From assembly GCF_000315625.1 (NCBI RefSeq), contig NW_005434664.1, positions 398,345 to 462,344 of the forward strand: a stretch of DNA of 64,000 bases, written 5' to 3'. Origin of the DNA: Guillardia theta CCMP2712. Its lineage: Eukaryota; Protista; Cryptophyta. Below the pieces are notes generated by a model that saw nothing but the letters and a program-made list of their open reading frames with translations, made no database searches and was not told where the DNA came from. Below are positions 24,007 to 36,686 of the stretch, in pieces. Every line of letters starts with the position of its first letter. The first letter of the stretch is position 1. A program made the position numbers and the translations under genes.

Positions 24007-24185
24007 TTTTGTGATTAGGAACTTGTTTTATTAGGGCCAAGCTGATTTAAATGAAATATCTGCCTGCTCTTTTGCTAAGATTATTTCTCTTTCTCAAAAG
24101 CCTTTTATTTAACAAGGATTCACTGAATGTCCATGGTTGCAAAAACTGCGATCAGAGCAACACCGTAACTATTCATTCACTTCCA

Positions 24186-25537
24186 TTACTCTTCGTCTTC
24201 CAGATTCGTCGACTCTCCTTCATCCTCTTTAGCTTGGTTTTCAGCATCATCCTTATTATTGTCCTCGACCGCATCATGCGCTTCATGGTGGATCGCTGTC
24301 CCCTGAGACGGCTTTGCAGAATCACGTCTGTAAAAGGCGGGGAGGCAGCGAGGAATGAATCCACTGTAACTTGGGTGAAGAGAAAGATGATCAATGGTCT
24401 TTCCATCGACAGGATCTGTCAGCGGGGCCCAGGGTTTCATCACAGGCTCCAACAACGCTTGCCTCGACAGCTTCGATGTGCTCTGTCCAAACCTCTCCGA
24501 GATGCCCCGAACGTACAGCATGGTACCGGGGATGAACCCCCGATCATCGTAGAGCTTCTTCGTCTCGCCCTTGCTCACTGAGTCCGGCATGGCAGAGATG
24601 GTTGAGGAAGGAGTCTTGACCCGAGGAGATCGAGCCGTTTCTCTCGTTCGGTTGAGGAAATCTGTCATCACTGCTGAGCTATAGGCCCCCATCGTCTTCC
24701 CGTACGTCCTCTGCCACTTGGGGCAGTGACCCTGGTAGTGAGGGATGATCGTCGCGTTGCTCTCCGGGCGCTTTCGGTAGATCTCCTCCTTGAACGGGAA
24801 GTCTTCATGACCTGCGAAACTGTCACGTTCCCGCCCTCCCGCCCACCAGCGGCCTCGCCTGGGATAGTGTAACCATCGTGACGGTGGCTGAGGATCGAGT
24901 GCGAGGTGATGCGCGAGCGAACGGATGGGTCTTGCGCTTCCAGCACTGACTTGCTGTACGTCATGCCGACCTGATGGCGAATGTATGGCACATGTCCGCG
25001 GTAGCCTGCGAATGGTACTCTCAGTCTTTCGCCCCCCTACTTCTACTCCTCCAAGTTCGACCTGGGATCTTGGCCGGTCGGCTCTCGTTCGCCTCCCCTC
25101 TAGTGGTGATCTCAACCATCTGAGTCAAAGATTGCGTTAAGAGACTGGAAGATCAAGGTGGCTTGCTTCAGTCTTAGCAGTTCTTGTTGTTCCCTTGGGT
25201 GGAGGTTTTGGGGGCGAGGAGAGGGATGCGGGTTCTGAGGGAATACACAGAGGTGAGAGAGGAAATAAAACCAGGCCAGCCAGATCATCTTGTCCTGTAG
25301 TTTTGATCACGGATGCTTGCAGCAAGGTGCTCGATGAAGAGCAAGTGAGGGAAGAGCAGTTGTGAGAGAAAGGGGTTGACCAGGCTGGAAGGCAATGTGA
25401 TGAGGTAAGAGCGATGAGCGGGGTGAGATGATGAGGAGATACGAAAGTGAGATGATAGAGTGCTGGACGATGGGTTGATGTGTCTGTCCCTCCCTTGTCC
25501 TCCTGTCAACTCGGTCCATGGCCTTCCGCACTACCAT
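24186..25537 (-). CDS. FAM166/CIMIP2-like ciliary microtubule inner protein (PGY-type repeats)
   Basis: Repeats AGYRGHVPYIRHQVGMTYSK, IPG/FAGH, IPHYQGHCPKWQRTYGKTMG, IPGTMLYVRGISERFGQS and PSYSGFIPR; 5' exons uncertain. Confidence 0.65.
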
Positions 25538-26324
25538 GCCAACCGTTATCCTGCGACTTCCTCCCCACCCCTCCTAGGAGTACCCCACTAACTATACCCC
25601 TAGCCTTTCTTGTACCCCCCAGTGCTGAGCCTCGACATTGATTCCAACGTGTACCCACCATCCAAAGCTATTTAAAGGTTAAATTGAGGGGTACCTTCTT
25701 GACCACCGGGTGGTGAATCGAAATTGTGATAGACATGACCCTACCCCAAAGTAAGCTATCACACGCAGACACTACCCCTACCACCACCCAACTCGTCAGA
25801 TGCGCTTGTGGTGACTACTTTCAGCGCACTAGAGTCATCTAGATCACATCTACTCCCAACTGCGTGGAGGAGGATGAGAAGCAGAGGCAGCGGAAGGAGA
25901 GGAGCAGTAGGAGGAGGAAGAGGAAGAATGCTGGGAGGAGGCAGAGGAGGGGGATAGGAGAAGGAGTAGGAGAGGTAGTAGGAGGAGGCAGAGGCAGAGG
26001 AGGAGGAGAATGGAGGACAGAAAGAGTGAGCGTAGGAGGAACATGCTACTTCGATAGGTGCGGACGTTGATGCAGTTATTCCGTACTGAGAGCGAGAAGA
26101 TGCCGAAAGGCTGTTGCGCTGCCAGGGAACGTGCATCTGCATTTAGCAACATCTTGGATGATAATGCGAGGGAGGATCAATTGTTAGTGGTGTGCCTCAA
26201 TGTCTGAAACTATCCAGACTGAAGCGCAAAAGATCGCCAAATGTGAACTCCGTTGTATACGAACAAGAGTTTTCTAGATAGTTTCGTTTCGTCAGCCTGG
26301 TTACGCTTGAAGGTCAGAGATCAT

Positions 26325-27020
26325 TCAGTTTTTCTTCTTCTTCGCATCCTCCTCATTCTTGATAACTTCCTCAATGTCGAACCCGATTTCCTTCCAGTCT
26401 GCATGCAGCTCAGTCATCAGAAAACGAATGTGAAGAAATGGCCGTACCATCAATTGCATCCTCGAGGTCATCCTTGTTCCCCTTCTTCTTGTCTCCTCCG
26501 AAAATCCCTCCAAACAAACCGCCATCTTCCTGCTCGGAGAGTTCAGAGTGAGCTGTAACCCAAAGGAAATGCGTCATCGATACCCCAGCTTTCAGAGCAA
26601 CGGAGGAGCGAGAGCTCGGCCGAAGAGAGAGAGAGACACTGGCCTGTGGGTTTACATGCATCAAACCCACGTTTGCAGTGTGCGAGTGTGGTTTACCTTG
26701 CCTGACACCGCCAAGTTGGTCGGTGAGATAAGAGAAGGCGAGAAAGCCCTGCATGCGGTAGATAATGAGAAGAATGATGAAAGAGACAAGACAGCGCCAC
26801 TGAATCATCATCGACATCAAGCAAAGGGGTTAGTCTCAACTTGAACACCCCCTGCGGAAAACACATTTCCTCTGGTAGCGCTTCTCAACGCTTTGTATCT
26901 TGCAACACTCATTCTCACACACGTTTGCGTTATCATCTCGTCGCATTCGACTCACATGACAAGCTCAGGCGCCGTCAATGCCAGCGCTGTGGCTGCGAGC
27001 ACAATCTTGCTGCCAACCAT
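26325..27020 (-). CDS. Small plastid-targeted protein of unknown function
   Basis: Five exons join in frame: signal peptide MVGSKIVLAATALALTAPELVM, AF cleavage motif, Ser/Arg-rich transit peptide, then GEDGGLFGGIFGGDKKK...DWKEIGFDIEEVIKNEEDAKKKKN. Confidence 0.7.
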
Positions 27021-28002
27021 GACGAGGAGGCCGCGTAATAGTTTTACTCTGAGTAAAGTTTTCTTTGAGCATAGGTAATTTTGCTGGTTCTCAGTGCCGC
27101 AAGCCGCGCACCTCACCTTACCGGAAAGATTCCCGGCCGGGCCCGAGTTGAAAGGCAGCACCAGGCCGCTGGCTTCCCTGCTGACGGACCCCCCTGGACC
27201 CACCCCTAGCCTTGTCACTTATGTTCACTGTTTTATATCTATGGGTCACTACCCCCACCCTGATCTTGAAATTCACCTATAATGCAGGGGTACTTTCGAC
27301 CCACCTGGAGTTACAAGGACCCGCCGTCATATAAGACCCTGAGGGTTCAAGCCACCCCACCCCGCCATAAAAGAGAATATCTTTGGGTGGTAGGGGTGGC
27401 CTTGTTTTTAAGTGTTGAGTTCGTCCAGCCGAGTACCCGACCCTCAGAATATCACTTTTATCACCCCCACCTACTCATTTTCCAGTAAGTACCCCGCCAC
27501 ATGAGCAAATTGTTCTACACCTCTAACTACCACACCCTGTCCAATTAATGATTCCTCCCCCATCCGTACCCCCACCCTTCTCCATCTACAACCCCTGCAA
27601 ACATTCGATGAAGGTACCCGTGGTGGCCCCCGTTTTAACTCGCCACCACCCCTCCTCCGGAGATCTTATTTTTCATCTCGGCGAATCTCGCCGATTCAAC
27701 TACCCCACCCCCTCCGTGTCAAGGTCTCTTGACCCGTGTCTTGATGACCTACATTCCACCCCTTTCCCCCGAGCAGGCTGTTCTAAAGGGTCCTGACTGT
27801 CCTCCATAGTGAGACCACCCTACCCTTCTGCAATGACTGTTTCACCCCACCCCCCTGAGAGTGCAACTATCGGATCTAGCGTGACATCTACCCCTGTCTA
27901 TCTCTTGCAATCCACCCCCTCTCTTCTTGATGGAAGAACCCACCCCACCCAAAAATTAAACATATAACCCCACCCCGGAGACATCGGCCTCAGATCACCG
28001 CC

Positions 28003-31000
28003 ATGCAGCAGGACATGCAGGGGCTTCATCGCAACCCCAACCGCGACCTCTTCATGAACCTCCAGGGCGCGAAGCCCCTCGCGTCATCGACTTCGTCCTC
28101 TTCCCCAGATGACTACAGCTATCCCAAGCCCGATTCCTGGTACGAGAGCTCGTCTGTCTTTGCTCGAACATGTTACAACGTTTGTTGCTCGCTCCTCCTT
28201 TGCTCTTTGTGTCGGGTTTGCTTCGCTCATGCCTTGTTGTAGGTGGACCGGCAAGCCTCCTGTTCATGGCGTGTGCCCTGGAGTTGACGCGAACGGGAAG
28301 ATCACGTCCCTTCCTCTCCCGGACTGCGAGAAGGGATCACGACAGAGCTTGCTCGACTACTTCGACAACACGTGGACCTTGACGGAGGTTCTTTTCTCTG
28401 GCCTCATGGTAAGATTTCCATCTCGTCTCTACTCGTTTTGTATGTTTGCGTGAGGAGTTGCTCGCAGGGAAGGGATGTGTTCCTTCGAAGCCCCTGGCAC
28501 CAACTTCGTCATCCTCTCATCTTCTATTATGGCCACGTTGCCTGCCTGTACATCAACAAGTTCCGAGTGGCTGGACTCCTCAAGGAGGTGATTTTCATAC
28601 TGTCTTGCAGCATATCATCACTCTCAGCCTTCTGCTGTTGGCATGCTCTGCCCCTGCGAGCTCAACTGATAACTACCCTGTCAGGGCGTCAACGAGTACA
28701 TGGAGCAGATTATGGAGACGGGCGTTGATGAGATGTGAGAAGCTAGAGGCTTGCCAGGGCACGTCTGATCTCGAGCAGGTCTTGGGACGATCTTTCGAAG
28801 AACGAGATGGAGTGGCCGGACCTGCGCGAGGTGACGGAGTACCGTCGAACGGTGTACAACATTGTCAAGGACGGTAAGGGATTGGAGGGCGCTTGAGGCT
28901 AGGAGGTGAAAGGATGGAGCAGTCATTCTCAACGGAGACTGGTCGTTCCCTATCAAGATCGACGACCCTGCATGGGCGATTGTGAGCTGATGTGGAGCTG
29001 AGGAGTCACGAGCGACTAACTCCTGCTGCCCCGAAGGTCATGGGCTTCGAGCACGAGCGCATTCATCTCGAGACCTCCTCCGTGCTGATCCGCGAGCTGC
29101 CAGCGTACCTCGTCACCCGCCCAGCTCAGGTGGGAGTGTTGCGGGTGTCTCTCTGCCTCTTCGTGACCCATGGTTCAGTTCCCTGACTATCACCCCTCTG
29201 CCACCGATGGAAGCTCCTCCAAGCTCGTGACCAACGAGATGGTCCATTTCTCAGGTCGCCCCTCGTTTCCGCCTCCAGCTCGCGGAGAGCTGACTGAGCT
29301 GCAGGGGGAGAGGTCGAGCTGGGAAAGCCGCGTGACTTCCCGTCCTTCGGCTGGGACAACGAGTGAGCGAGATGCGCCGAGTGGAAGAGGGGGAAGCTAA
29401 CTGGGGGGTTTAGGTACGGCACGAGAAAGCTTCAAGTCAACCCGTTCTCTGTCTCCAAGTTCCTCATCACCAACGGAGAGTTCCTCGAGTTTGTGCGGGC
29501 AGGGGGCTACGCCAACCGCAACTACTGGACGGAGGCGGGCTGGCAATGGCGCGTGTTCCGCAACGTTCACTTCCCGACGTTCTGGGTTCCCAACGGACCG
29601 GTGGGCATACAGCTGCTATGCTTGCTGTGATGGTCTATTGGTTACCTTTTCTGTCGTGCTCTGCTCGCAAACATGCCTTGATCGCTCTTCTAATTCTTTT
29701 GTGTCCCGATGGACTCTTGACCGTCTGAGAGGTTCGCACATGCTGTATGAAAGCGAGAGTGACTGTCTTGATTTGTTTCCATTCGTGTTGGAGGAAGGGA
29801 TATGCTTTTGTTTGCTCCTGAACGTCTTTGTGCAGGTTGGCCTTCACCAGTACAAGCTGCGCGTCATCTTCGACATCGTGGACCTTCCTCTCTCCTGGCC
29901 TGTCGACGTGAACGCACACGAGGCTCGAGCATACTGCGCGTGGAAGACAGCACAAGACAAGGTTTGTGAAGGAGAAAAGGGATAAGGCTGGAAGGGGTCG
30001 AAAGAGGACAAACGAATCCAGGAATGAGAATGGGGGCCGGGGGGAGGAGCCTGTGGGCGGGGGGTGGGAGCAGAAGAGGCGGGTTTGTAGGCCGAGGAGG
30101 CAGGAAGGTCGGGGGGGGGGGGGGGGGGCGGCCGAAATTGCTTCCCGTGACTTGCGCGTGAAAACTATCCCCCCCCTGGCCTCCTTTAGCTGGGCATTTC
30201 CCGGGAGATAAAAGAATTGGATACTCTTGATCAAGGGCAACCTNNNNNNNNNNNNNNNNNNNNNNNNNNNNNNNNNNNNNNNNNNNNNNNNNNNNNNNNN
30301 NNNNNNNNNNNNNNNNNNNNNNNNNNNNNNNNNNNNNNNNNNNGATCCCTGCCAATACTTGAGTGAGGGTCTTCTCATGGGGTCTTCCATCTCTGACTTC
30401 TACTTCAGATACGATAGGGGCTTCTGCAACTTTTGTCCCTGCGTCACGTTTGTAAGCATCGTTGGGGGCCTGAAATCAAAACCTGGCGTAGTAAAGACTG
30501 CAGTGTGATTCAGTTGATATGGGCTCTTGGTGCCCATGTGTGCCCTGCAAAGATGCTGTAGTCTTCATGTAGTTGGGAGATTCGCATCGTTCTACGAGTA
30601 GCAGCTCCCCGTGAGCAGGAGGAGGTAGAGGAGGAGAGGAGGGCACAGGCCATACCTGATGCGGAAACCAGCCCAAGGAAAAGGATCAACCCGAGCCTGA
30701 TCACTTCACCCCTCATCGTTTTTAGAGGGGCACAGAGAGTTGACTATAATGGCAGCCGGAGTCACCCTACCGACTGATCACGGAGGGAGAGCACAACATC
30801 ATTCGAGATGCAGCGATCAAGGATACTTCACGAGGAACAGCGAGAGACTTTGTGATGATGTACGCGGGCAACGAGATGTCGTCAAACAGTGAGTCTGGTG
30901 ATGATAACCTTGAAAAGGGGCGCTGACTTTGAGAGCAGCCAAGGGCGACAACAAGTACAACTCGAACCTTGCGTGGGGATCTCAGAGTCCTGTGGATGCT

Positions 31001-32808
31001 CTTGCTCCCTCATCGTCGGGGATTTATGATGTGAGAATTGTTTGCGGCAATGAAATCATTCAGCTTTTATTCAATGTTTTATGGTGATGCGGATGATGAT
31101 GGTGCTGCCGCCGCCGATGATGATGAAAATGATGATGATAATGACGACGACGACGCTCCATTTGTTGTTATGACGATCGTGATGACGATGGCCTGATTTA
31201 TGTGGGACAAATACGGCGATGCCCCCGATTGCCAATTAGAATCTGAACGAGAGTCTCAGGTATTCGGCAACGTGTGGCACTGGTGCGAGGACGACTTCAA
31301 TCCCCTCGACGACTTCAAGATCTCTCCTCTCTACGTGGACTTCTCCACCCCCTGCTACGACGGCCTGCACACTATCATCCTCGGTGGCTCCTTCATCTCC
31401 ACTGGTGACGAGGCCTCGATCTGGTCTCGCTTCCACTTCCGCCCTCACTTCAACCAGCATGCCGGCTTTCGCCTGGCGTGCGGCCCCAACGAGGGCAAGA
31501 TGCTTCCTAAGTTGGGGACCAACGGGGCATCGGTGAGCTCGTCCAGCCTGACGGCAGAGATCGAGAAGCAGGTCAACGAGCACATGCTGTTCCACTACGG
31601 GGCGAAGCAGGACGTGCTGCCCTGGGAGCAGGGCCCCTCAAGCGCCCTCTCCTTTCCTCTCCGCATCGCTAGGCTCGTGCAGGACTGGGCGGCGAAGCTC
31701 AGCGTGGCCAACAAGCGCGTGCTGGACTTGGGGTGCTCGGTGGGAGGGGCTTCGTTTGAGCTGGCCAAGAAGTTCTCCGACGTGGTCGGGGTGGATGTGG
31801 AGCACTTTGTGCAGGCGGCGGAGGAGATGAAGAGGGACGGGCAGAGGAAGTTCTCGCGCAAGGAGGAGGGAAAACTCGCCACTGAGCTCATCGCCTCCAC
31901 GGACTCCTTCGTCGACAGGACACGCGTGACGTTCAGGACAGCAGACTTGGAGAACCTTTGCTCTGCTGACCTCGGACGCTTCAATGTTGTTCTCCTTGAG
32001 CATATCCTGTAAGCTCCTCCTCCCACTCCTCTGCTCTTCCGTGCCAGTTTTTCCTCTCCTCTTCTTTTCCCTTCCCTAGCCTCGCCTACCCTTATCTTCT
32101 CACTTCACTGCTTTGCTCTCCTCCTCTTCCTCTCCTCTTCTTCTTTCTTTGTCGATTCTGTGTCTTCATTTCATCCTCTTATCCCCAACAATGCATTCTT
32201 TCCGCCCCTTCCTTGTCCTCGCATGTCTGACGTTGTTGCTAGGGAGCGGGTGAGCTCGCCGTCAGCCTGCCTGTCCAACATGGTGGGAGACGAGGGGCTT
32301 GTGGAGCGAGGAGGCCTGTTGGTCGTAGCCACCAGCTCCGACTGGAGCGAGGACGTTGCTCTGCCGCAGGAATGGCTGGGAGGAACAGTGGATGCGGAAG
32401 GGAACGAGATCTCCCTCACGACAGCACTGGAAGCTTGCTTCAAGGTAACGCTACATAGTATTCTCCTCTCCCTCCTCTCCCCTTGCCCTCCTTCCTTGAT
32501 TCTCCTCTCTGTTCTGTTAACGTTCACTCCTTCTGATTTTCCTCCTGCTCCTGCTCCTCCTCTCTCCGCTCCTCCTCTCTCCGCTCCTCCTCTCTCCGCT
32601 CCTCCTCTCTCCGCTCCTCCTCTCTCCGCTCCACCTCTCTTACCAACTCTCTTGCCTCCGTCTCCTCGTTTCTTCTGCCTGTTGACTGATATCTGAGCAG
32701 GGCGAGATGGAGCTGCAGCACAGGGAGGACATGCCGATGCTCATCCGCGAGAGCGCTCGCTCCTACAAGTGGCGAGTGATCAACGTGTCCGTGTGGCGCC
32801 GCAAGTGA
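28003..32808 (+). CDS. ovoA: 5-histidylcysteine sulfoxide synthase/methyltransferase (ovothiol synthase)
   Basis: LRHPLIFYYGH, ETGVDEM-SWDDL, MGFEHERIHLETSSVL (HX3HXE iron motif), FGWDNE, GNVWHWCED, GGSFISTG and RPHFNQHAGFR, then a SAM methyltransferase VLDLGCSVGGASFELA; many short introns. Confidence 0.9.
30244..30343. other. Assembly gap (100 N) inside the ovoA locus
   Basis: N run seen directly, near a poly-G tract at about 30110-30128. Confidence 0.99.
32555..32640. repeat. 15-bp tandem repeat (GCTCCTCCTCTCTCC)n in the last ovoA intron
   Basis: About 5 units seen directly. Confidence 0.85.
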
Positions 32809-33349
32809 AACTAGTGAAGAGAGGAGTAGGAGGATGGGGGCCTGTGTGAATATCAAAACCAGACGAGTGTCTTTAATTGCTCTGCGCTTCCGCTTACCCT
32901 ACTCTCCTGCTGAGCATTCTTAACGTTGTCCTCTTCCACTTTGTTTCAAACAGCTCGAAGTTGTTGCTGAAAACTCATCCCTGCAACAACAAGACATGTT
33001 GATGGAGTGTGAACCTGAATGGGTGGAAAGAGAAACCAAATACGAACGTGGGACGGGAGGGTGCCTGAGTGGGAGATAGAGTACAATAACGACAGTAATC
33101 GAAACAAAAGTTTCAAGAATGCCTTGCAAGACTTGTTGTGATGATAAAATGTGCTTTCATCGCATGTTTTCACATACCACGGTTCTCAACATTTTTCGAT
33201 GCGCCCATTTTCTCTCTGCTCAGTTTGCAAGTCCGATGACATGCTGTCCAGCTTGGACAGCCACAGTGTGAAGGGATCTGATGGGTAGGAGGAGGAGCTG
33301 ATGAAGTAGCAGATCAAGAAAACGAAAGTTACAAAGGGGATTGAGAAGT

Positions 33350-33384
<35 letters not shown>

Positions 33385-33405
33385 AAGCAGGAGCAGGAGA
33401 AGGAT

Positions 33406-33437
<32 letters not shown>

Positions 33438-33456
33438 AGAGCAGGAGCAGGAGCAG
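33350..33456. repeat. (AGGAGC)n microsatellite
   Basis: Hexamer tandem seen directly. Confidence 0.85.
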
Positions 33457-33695
33457 GAAAAAGGGGAGGGGGGGGGGATGCAGAGCACTGTCCAGTGGAC
33501 CTCATCCCCCCACATACCCTTCTCCAATTCAACAGGAACTGCGAAGGGAAGCAGCATGCCAGGGGGATGTTGGTGCATGGACAAACGCGAAAGGAACGAC
33601 GTAGCTTTCACATCCTCCTCCTGTTTCTGCTGACTCCGGGCTATCACGGTCTTTCTCCTCCTCCTCTCACTCTCAGTCATCGTCAGGGAGCAAAC

Positions 33696-34685
33696 ATGGC
33701 TGGATCGATGCAACATGAGCTGCGGGCGAGGCAGGTGAACGAGTTTGAGGCCATCCAGGCGATGTTCTCCATCGATGGCTCGTTCGTGTGCGGGGATGAG
33801 GAGTCGCTGCAGCTCCTCAAGGTCGTCGTAGACTCCTGCACTGACCCGGAGCAGTTTGTCGACGAGGGTCTGCCCGATCTCTCCTTCGAGATCTGCAAGG
33901 AATCGCACTACACTGTGAAATTCTCCCTTCCCAAGGAATACCCGCAGCAACCATTGCATTGCCGCCTGGAATGGCAGCAGGGAACGCGTGCAGAGCACGA
34001 GTACCTCAATGGAAACCTGCGGCAGTACGCCGACTCGCTGGCTGGGGAGGAGAGTGTGATGCAGGTGCTGGACAAGGCAGAAGAGCTCTTCACAGAGGTG
34101 CTCAGCGACAAGAGGCAAGAGGAGGCAGATGCCGAGGCGCTGAGGCGAGACAACAAGCCCGTGTTGGTCAGAGATTCCGGGCCCAAGGCGTTGGGGCGTC
34201 GGCTGATCTACTTCCATCACATCATCAATCCTACCAAGAGGCAGTGCGTTCAAGAATGGGCTGTACAACTCAAGCTCGGCGGATATTCAAAGATCGGATG
34301 GCCCGGGATAGGTAAGAGTATGCATGCTCAGACCTGCGACACTCCCGTTGCCCTCCCTTACTGTTTCCCAGTGATTGTCGAGGGCCCGGAGGAGTGTTGT
34401 CAGGAATACGTCCGTTGCCTCCAGCGTCTTCGCTGGAAGCAGATTGTGGTGAGAGGAGAACAGATAGAGCCCTGTCCCAGCGGCATGAGCATAGATCAGA
34501 TGCGGAAGATGCATTATGGGTTCGAAGAGCTTGACTGCAACGGGATGTCTGAACTGGCAGAAAGGTGCAGGAAAGCTGGTCTGGAGGAACTTTTCCTGAC
34601 AGGCATGAAAATCTATCGCAATTCTAGCGATAAGCAGAACGAGCAAGCAGCAGAACCCAAAGTTACGGGGAAAAAGAGAAATTGA
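33696..34685 (+). CDS. RWD domain + DUF1115 protein (RWDD2-like)
   Basis: EFEAIQAMF, FSLPKEYPQQP (RWD YP motif), RRLIYFHHI, LKLGGYSKIGWPG/IVEG and LQRLRWK; intron 34312-34371; extra upstream exons from about 32834 are possible. Confidence 0.8.
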   Translation: MAGSMQHELRARQVNEFEAIQAMFSIDGSFVCGDEESLQLLKVVVDSCTDPEQFVDEGLPDLSFEICKESHYTVKFSLPKEYPQQPLHCRLEWQQGTRAEHEYLNGNLRQYADSLAGEESVMQVLDKAEELFTEVLSDKRQEEADAEALRRDNKPVLVRDSGPKALGRRLIYFHHIINPTKRQCVQEWAVQLKLGGYSKIGWPGIGKSMHAQTCDTPVALPYCFPVIVEGPEECCQEYVRCLQRLRWKQIVVRGEQIEPCPSGMSIDQMRKMHYGFEELDCNGMSELAERCRKAGLEELFLTGMKIYRNSSDKQNEQAAEPKVTGKKRN

Positions 34686-34812
34686 CATTTTTCGATTTTT
34701 CCTCCCCGTCTCCCCCTCAAAGACAGATTCACTCGCACGACTTTTTCTTTCATATACATCACAGTCATTCTGTTAAAAATAAATTCTTCTGTCTCGGAAC
34801 ATCTTCCGAGGC

Positions 34813-35556
34813 TTATCGGATGTGTTGAGTACCATGAAGTTCTCGGATCGAAAAGGCGAATGAACACTTGGTGGTGCTTGCGTCGTGGATGGGGGCAAAG
34901 TTGTCGTAATCCTGATAATCCACTGGCGTGTCTGCCTGAGAAAGGTCTTCATCGCCAGGACTAGAAGGTTTCGGATCCTTCCAGGCAGGCTGACTATGAA
35001 GATTGCTGCGCATAAGGCTTTCCTCGCCGTTGGTTGGCGACCGGAGCTTTGAAAGTCGAAGAGGACTCCAGGAGTTTGGCAGAGGAGAGAAGCAGCTCAT
35101 CCGAGATGCTGCTTGAGGACCTTGATTCTCTTTGCCGTCATCCTCTCCCTTCACGATCTTCATGTAAGAGCTAGAGCACTGGACTTGAGCTTGGGCCTTC
35201 GAAGCGCTGTCATCCACATTGCGCCTGTGCATTGTATGAGTCTGCTGAGCTTGCTCATTGGGAGGACTGTTGTTGTCTCTTGGTTTAAATGCCTTTCCTT
35301 TGTTGGCTCTTCTGCGATGTTTCGCGCAGAACAGCACATACTCACGGCGAAGGACTCGGAGCCACTCGCTCACGACCCACACGATGCCTGACTCCTTGCC
35401 TTCCTGATTTCTTGACGTTACCTTCAACGAGAGGTGGAGGAGGAAGGTGCCAATGAGCAGCAGTGACAGCGAGCAAGCGAAAGACAACATCCTCAAGACT
35501 GCCCAGAGCAGAAGCAGACTACAGCCTGCAGCTCCTGCTGCAGCCCATGCCGGCAT
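34813..35556 (-). CDS. Hypothetical protein with N-terminal hydrophobic hairpin
   Basis: Open frame from MPAWAAAG with two hydrophobic segments and a Ser/Pro-rich tail. Confidence 0.45.
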   Translation of the reverse strand: MPAWAAAGAAGCSLLLLWAVLRMLSFACSLSLLLIGTFLLHLSLKVTSRNQEGKESGIVWVVSEWLRVLRREYVLFCAKHRRRANKGKAFKPRDNNSPPNEQAQQTHTMHRRNVDDSASKAQAQVQCSSSYMKIVKGEDDGKENQGPQAASRMSCFSPLPNSWSPLRLSKLRSPTNGEESLMRSNLHSQPAWKDPKPSSPGDEDLSQADTPVDYQDYDNFAPIHDASTTKCSFAFSIRELHGTQHIR

Positions 35557-36095
35557 TTCAAAAGGGCGTGTCTGACGCTTTGCGTTTGTCCTGAATCCGG
35601 GGTGGGACTTCATGACGGGTAGTAGGGATATGATGGGAAATAGGGTAGGTAGGGTACACCATCCATGCTTGGTATTCACTGAAAAATACGGGTAAAATGG
35701 GGGGTACTCTTTAGATATTCGTTGTCGATAGATGCAGGGGTGGGTATGGAATAAGAAATTGGAAGTCTTTCACGAGGCGGGTTGGGAACTACCATACCGG
35801 TAAAGAAACAGGGAATTTAGGGGGTGGGGGTATATTAAAGATCACCGGTGCACAAGCTCGTGCAGGGGTCCACGATACATGCTATCTCAAATATATACAG
35901 TATTTGAAATATATGAGGAAACTTTCGAACCTTTCCCCCCTTCTCCTGAATGAAATTCTAGTGTATTCAGCCAAAATTATGAAATGTTTCATAAATCATT
36001 GAAACGAGGGGTACTATGAAAACTTTAATGGTGGTGGGTGAGGGGTGGAAGATAAAAAGAACGGCGCGTGCTTGGGAAGAGTAGGAGCGCACAGC

Positions 36096-36686
36096 ATGAC
36101 GAGCACTTTCGCCAACGAGGTCAAGCTGTTCAACAAGTGGAGCTACGATGACATCGAGGTCAGCGACATCTCCCTCGAGGATTACATCGCTGTCAAGCCC
36201 AAGTATGCTCAATTCGTTCCTCACTCCGCCGGTCGCTTCCAGGCGAAGAGGTTCAAGAAGGCCCAGTGCCCCATTGTCGAGCGCCTCACCAACTCGATCA
36301 TGATGCACGGTCGTAACAACGGTAAGAAGATCATGGCCGTTCGCATTGTCAAGCATGCGTTCGACATCATCCATCTCCTCACCGACTCCAACCCGATCCA
36401 ACAGCTCGTCGAGGCTATCATCCAGGCCTCCCCTCGTGAGGACTCTACCCGTATCGGCTCTGGTGGTGTCGTTCGTCGTCAGGCTGTTGACGTTTCTCCT
36501 ATGCGCCGTGTGAACCAGTCCATCTACCTCATCACCCAGGGAGCTCGTCAGGCTGCTTTCAGGAACATCAAGACCATCGCTGAGTGCCTCGCCGATGAGA
36601 TCATCAACGCTGCCAAGGGATCCTCCAACTCTTACGCCATCAAGAAGAAGGATGAGCTCGAGCGCATTGCCAAGGCCAACAGATAA
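36096..36686 (+). CDS. RPS5: 40S ribosomal protein S5 (uS7)
   Basis: [38 protein letters not shown] and [14 protein letters not shown]; intronless with strong codon bias. Confidence 0.98.
   Translation: MTSTFANEVKLFNKWSYDDIEVSDISLEDYIAVKPKYAQFVPHSAGRFQAKRFKKAQCPIVERLTNSIMMHGRNNGKKIMAVRIVKHAFDIIHLLTDSNPIQQLVEAIIQASPREDSTRIGSGGVVRRQAVDVSPMRRVNQSIYLITQGARQAAFRNIKTIAECLADEIINAAKGSSNSYAIKKKDELERIAKANR

Noticed and set aside
25759-26152. Possible extra small gene or exons on the minus strand
   Set aside because: Mostly a purine/pyrimidine low-complexity tract; no consistent exon chain could be built
33220-33604. SR-rich and poly-Leu ORFs resembling a splicing factor
   Set aside because: Products of an (AGGAGC)n microsatellite; no RRM domain
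28003-34685. ovoA plus neighbours as a biosynthetic gene cluster
   Set aside because: Flanking genes (plastid micro-protein, RWD protein, RPS5) have no evident link to thiohistidine metabolism
36045-36095. N-terminal extension on RPS5 in the ORF track
   Set aside because: Comes from a GTG start; the first ATG at 36096 gives a normal-length protein
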